From the NCBI RefSeq assembly GCF_009914755.1, contig NC_060935.1: a stretch of DNA of 64,000 bases. The stretch is one strand, 5' to 3'. This DNA comes from the human T2T-CHM13v2.0 reference genome, Homo sapiens. Every line of letters begins with the position of its first letter. The first letter of the stretch is position 1. This document shows, one piece after another, positions 40,257 to 64,000 of this stretch. The notes under the pieces are model-generated. The model saw only the letters and a list, made by a program, of their open reading frames with translations. It had not been told where the DNA came from and ran no database searches. Position numbers and translations under genes: made by a program.

Positions 40257-41895
40257 GCACGTGTTACCGCAGGCGGCCCATGGTGTCTGGGTCACTCTGG
40301 CCCTCCCGGGCTCAGCCTCTTCCAAGAACGGCCAGAGGGTTGTGTGGGGAGCAGTAATAACGAGGTTCTCAGCTCCACGCCCTGCTCGCCGAGGAACCTC
40401 GGTCAAGTCACTTGCCCTCGCCTCAGTTTTCCCCTCTGTCTAATGGACATACATTAAGACCTTGAAGGGCTATTAGGAGAACTTAATAGGCGAGTAGGGG
40501 CTCAGGGGTGCGCCTGGGGAACCTAGAAATGGGGCTTGAGAGAGCTCACGCTGCAGCTTCCGGCTCAGCGAGGGCAGCGAGAGGGCCTGTGATCTGTCCC
40601 TTTCCTTGTATGGTGAAAACAAAGTCCGGGTGCAAAGTCCGCTGCAGAGTTTGTTGACTTTGGGGCGAGGGCTCTGGCATCAAAGGCACTGCGTGCCCTG
40701 TCCACTGCTCCCGAGGCCGCCGCCCACTGTGATCTTTGCTCCAGTGGCCATGGGATTGTTTGAGAATTACCAACATGTAGGGAAAACCTGCGATCCTGGC
40801 CTGCAGAGGGAGGGGAGGACCCCTTTTGCCAGGCTCCCCCAAACATTGAGCTCTCAGCTTCACCAGCTGCACCCCATGGGGTCTTCTTTGCCAGCTTTGG
40901 CGAGGGTCTGTTCCTCACTGCGCCAATGCCCCGGCATGTGATCTTTGGGCTCAGTGCCAGGCCCAGCTATCCTGCTGGCACAGTAGGAAGCCAGAAAAGC
41001 CCCTACCCACTCCTGCTAGAGCCTAGGGGCTGCTGTTCCCTCTAGGACTCCACCAGGGAGCAGGAGGGGCCTTCACGGGGCTGGTGCAGACCTAAGACCT
41101 CCCACGCTTGCCCTCAGCCAGAGCCCTGAGACCCACACCCTCCTCTGCCACCTCCAGAAAAAGCCTCCGGTCCTGGGCACCTTTGATGACTTCCTTTCCC
41201 ATCCGTGCTGCTGGAGATGTCTACACTAGGAACTCACTGGGATGGAGCTGTGTCCTGCAGGAAGGGCGGGGTGAGAGCCGGCCAGTGTCTGAGCTCCAGG
41301 AATGGCAAAGAGGAAGCTGCACAATATTTCCCAGGTCAGAGCCCTCCTTAGGGACATCCGCCGTCCCGATCTTGCCCCTACAGCCTCTCTACCTGAAAGT
41401 CCCTATCCCCCTCCACACTCCACCAACCAGCTGCCCCTGGTCCCAGACTTGGACGTCCCAAGTCCATGCACACCCCTGCCTCCCCTCGGAGCTCCCACCA
41501 CAACTTGTGGATGGGCACAGTGGGCAGGGCCTGGAGGCCCCACCCTGCTGTGAAGCTGGAGGGAAGGGGCACGTGGAAGGGCAGTGCTGGATGCAAGGGA
41601 CAGCTTGGGGACTGGAGGGGCTTGGGTGGAGGCTGCTGGGAGAGGAGTAGCAGCTCAGGGGGAGGCTGGAGGTGGCTCAAGGGGACAAAGGAGGGGCCCA
41701 GCGTGCTGAAGGCTGCAGAATCTAGAAGACAGATGCAGCGGGGAATGGCCTTAGCAGGAGGTGAGGGCGGGAGGCAGCCAGTGTAGACAGTGGGGTGGAG
41801 TCCTCAGTGTAGATGGCAGGGTGGAGTGCTCAGTGTAGACGGGGGTGTAGAGTGCTCAGGGACCCTGAGGAAGAGCTGAAGGGGAAGGGCCAGTC

Positions 41896-44809
<2,914 letters not shown>

Positions 44810-45704
44810 ACTTGTAAGTGACAAGCCCGGTCCTGGGGCCTGCTCTGTGTTCCTGTCCTGGGTTCCACCCATGCTTGCGGGGAGGGGGCCTGCAGAAGGA
44901 AACCTGACTCCACCAGCCCCAGAGTGACCAACTTGCTCCTGTTTGCTCCAGACTTTTGCAGTTTTATTCCTGAAAATGCCCCCTCAGTTCTAGGTAAACC
45001 AGGATGGTCGGTTGCCCTAGTTAGCCCACCATCCACCTTGAGAATCTAACAGCGGAGTGGGGGAGGCGGGAAGGAGAGAGAGGCTTGGGGACTTGTCCCT
45101 CTCTTGTTCATCTCAGGCCTGGCAAGAAAGGACATGTGTCCCCTGGAGATGGGTTGGGGGCATGACACACATGTCTGGTGTTTGCTCTGATCAAAGGCAA
45201 GGCTGTGGCTGCAGCTGTCTGGCGGGCCGTGGCGCTGAACAGGTGGCCTCGCTGGCACAAGCTGCCCTTCCCAGATGATCAGGAAAAGGTGTGTTCCCGG
45301 GGACCAGATGCTTCTGAGCAATGTCCAAGGTGCCCACAAGAGCCTGTGAGGGATGACTCAGCACTGGGAATCCATAAACCCACAAGGCCCCAGAGCCAGG
45401 TCATGGGGTGCTGGGCCTCCTGGGATGGCCTTTCCTACTCCCTCTGTTCCTCCTTGAGGAGCGGAGGCAGCTGAGGTGGGAGGAACACGTGCAGAAAGAG
45501 AGAAGGAGCTGGCCTGGCCTTTCTCCATGGTGGCAAAGATGCAGCTTTAAATAAACTTAAGTTATTTATGTATTTATTTATTTATTTATTGAGACAGGAT
45601 CTTGCTCTGTTGCCCAAGCTGGACTGCAGTGATGTGATCACAGCTCACTGCAGCCTCAACCTCCTGGGTTCAAGTGATCCTCTTGCCTCAGCCTCCCGAT
45701 TAGC

Positions 45705-48224
<2,520 letters not shown>

Positions 48225-48293
48225 CTGCACAAGCCACTACCTCTCTGACTTCAGTTTCCTTTTCTGTAAGATGGGTTTGTGAAGATTAGGTAC

Positions 48294-49073
<780 letters not shown>

Positions 49074-49433
49074 TGTGTCTTTAAAACACTTATAAATGAG
49101 AATGAAGCCTGAATGTCAACTCCTTCATCTGCAGTGAAAAAATAAGACTGCTCTGTGGACCAGACTACTTAGTTTTATTTTTCACTGCAGATTATTTTTC
49201 ACTACTCATGTGGGCCTGCCCAGGGCATTCTTTCCCAGGAGGCAAGTTATGTGGCAAGCAAAATGATCAGGAGAGTCAAACAAACAGCTGCAGAAACGGA
49301 TGGACGATGACTGTCAGAAGGAGGAGAGAAGTGGAGGGTGACAGCCGAGGTGAGTGCCTGGCTCATTCATCCTCACTCCCTCTCTTGAATCCATGTTAAT
49401 CACAATTTACATGAATGCAGTGCTTTAAAATTA

Positions 49434-53326
<3,893 letters not shown>

Positions 53327-55099
53327 CTAAGGAAGCTGAGAGGTCAAGGAAGAAGGGTGGTTGGAGCAGGCCCTGCAGGTGCCGAAGGCTTTTGCTTCTT
53401 TCCTGAGATGGCAGCCCTCACGAGCCCTGGAGCTTCCCTGGCTGCCATGAGATCAGGTGGAAGGGGGTCGAGGCTGCAAGTGGGGACGCATGAGTGGGTG
53501 ACAGGTGGCAGTAGTAGAAGTGTAAGAAGAGCTGGGAGTCTGGGTCTCTTCTATCTTGAAAATAGAACCCCAGGCTGTGCTGGTAGAGCTGGATGCAGGG
53601 TGGAAGAAGGGAAAATATTTTTGCTGCTTAAATCCTAGCCTGGCTTCCCATTGCTCGTGGGGTGCATTCTCGATTCCTCTTCCCCGCCTGAGGTCTGACA
53701 TGTGCTGGCCCTGGCTGGCCTCTCCTGTACCTTCTACCACCAGCTCCAGCTCATGGCCTGATGTGGTTCCTCCCCCGAATCCAGCGACCAGGCTGCCCTC
53801 TGCCCCAGCGCCTCCTCCGTGGATGTCTGCTCTTCCTGAACTGCCCTCCCACCGGACGGCTGCTCCTTGGTAGCAGCTCAAGTGTCCTTCCTTCCCTAAG
53901 CCAGTTTCCCCAAACACTGCAGCACAACGCCCTTCATTTCTCATGGCATTCTTCATGGCCTGTCAATGGGGCTTTTGTTGTTTTAATTTTCCGTCTTCTT
54001 GTTTTTGTTGGTCTTCCTAGAATATAAACCCCATGAGGGCAGAGGCGTTCAGCCTGACTCCAGCCTGGCAAAGCTGTCACAAATCTGGAGGAACACACAC
54101 GTTCACGGGCACTCAGTTCTGTGAGGTACTGCAAGCCCTCTCTGAACCTGCAAGGTGGCCATTGCTGTCCCCACTTTACAAAGGAGGAAAGAGTGCGCGG
54201 AGAGGTTCTACTTAGACCCGCCAAGGGCACAGTCGTTCTAGAAAGTAGCAGACTGGGAGTTCCAACTTGGGCTTGCTGGTTCCAGAGCCCCTTCTGTGCC
54301 CCTTCCAGGCTGTGCCTGGGTGAGATTCTTCTCCTACCAGCACGTCTTCTTCCTGGAGGGTTCAGTGGCTGAGCTGACACCGGTGGGCAAGAGGCCCTGG
54401 CGGGCTTGTTGAAGGACTCAAAGGTGGCGTCTGGGAGCCTGGCGGGACTTTCTCCCTGTCAGCCTAGAGGCACTTTTAGAGGAGTGTGTCTGTTTCGCAG
54501 TCTTCGTGTCTCATAATTCATAACTAAGGTAGAGGGTACACATTTAGTTTACAGTAAAACCTCAAACCCACCTCCACTCCCAGCCGGCCACTTCTCTCCC
54601 TGTTCCCTTCTCTGCCCTCCACAGGTGAGAACAAGTGTCCGGGGCCGCCCCGTGGGGCCCCAGGCTGCCCGCCCTGAAACTGCCTCGCTGTGTGCCCTTG
54701 GGCAACCCCGCCCTGCTCCGTGCCTCAGTTTCCCCACTCATAGAGGCTCCACAGGTGACACACCTGGCTCCGGGCCCCGATCGGCCGCCGGGCCCCGCGG
54801 GGCGGAAACCCCGCGCCAAGCCTCCCGGAGGCACCTCCAGGGCAGGGCGGGGAGCGCGGGGAGGGGCCGCGGGGACCTGCGCCGCTGGGGCCGCCTGGCC
54901 GCCGGCCGGCTCCGGGGGGCGCCCGCGGGAGGGCGCGGCCGGTGCGGGGGGCGCGGGTGGCGGCGGCGGGGGGCGGAGACGCGGCGCGGCTTCCGCTCCC
55001 GCGCGCCCAGCTCCCTCCTCCCCGTCGTCCTGGTCCGCGGCGCCCGAGGGGGGAGGCGGAGGCGCCGGGAGCCGCGCGAGGAGCCGCCGCCGCCGCGCC

Positions 55100-55114
55100 A
55101 TGGAGCCCGAGTGA
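55100..55114 (+). promoter_or_regulatory. LRP5 upstream ORF MEPE*
   Basis: GCCGCGCC ATG GAG CCC GAG TGA, 48 nt upstream of the main ATG. Confidence 0.75.

Positions 55115-64000
<8,886 letters not shown>

Overview
This is human (primate) genomic DNA, recognisable as the C11orf24-LRP5 locus (chr11q13). The complete C11orf24 gene lies on the minus strand. It has a CpG-island promoter at ~14.0-14.8 kb, two non-coding exons, and a 449-codon CDS split 5357-5282 / 4508-3235 that encodes a mucin-like type I membrane protein; an ATTAAA poly(A) signal sits at 2945-2950. A ~40 kb intergenic region follows, dense in Alu, L1, L2, MIR, LTR and DNA-transposon relics. The LRP5 CpG island, exon 1 (signal peptide with (CTG)9) and the start of intron 1 are on the plus strand. 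Almost all other ORFs in the track are repeat-derived or GC-rich noise, and no RNA genes, CRISPR arrays or foreign DNA were recognised. The most interesting signals concern translational control. C11orf24 exon 2 is a 198-nt cassette holding all five upstream AUGs in all three frames (61-aa, 47-aa and 101/62-aa overlapping uORFs). LRP5 has a perfect-Kozak, in-frame MEPE* uORF. Other leads are a CTCF-containing orphan CpG patch or candidate upstream LRP5 promoter, a sense THE1B LTR with intact DUX4, kB and donor motifs, a possible relic Cys-rich exon in C11orf24, and unusual Alu architectures. Repeat subfamilies were assigned by eye and boundaries are approximate.
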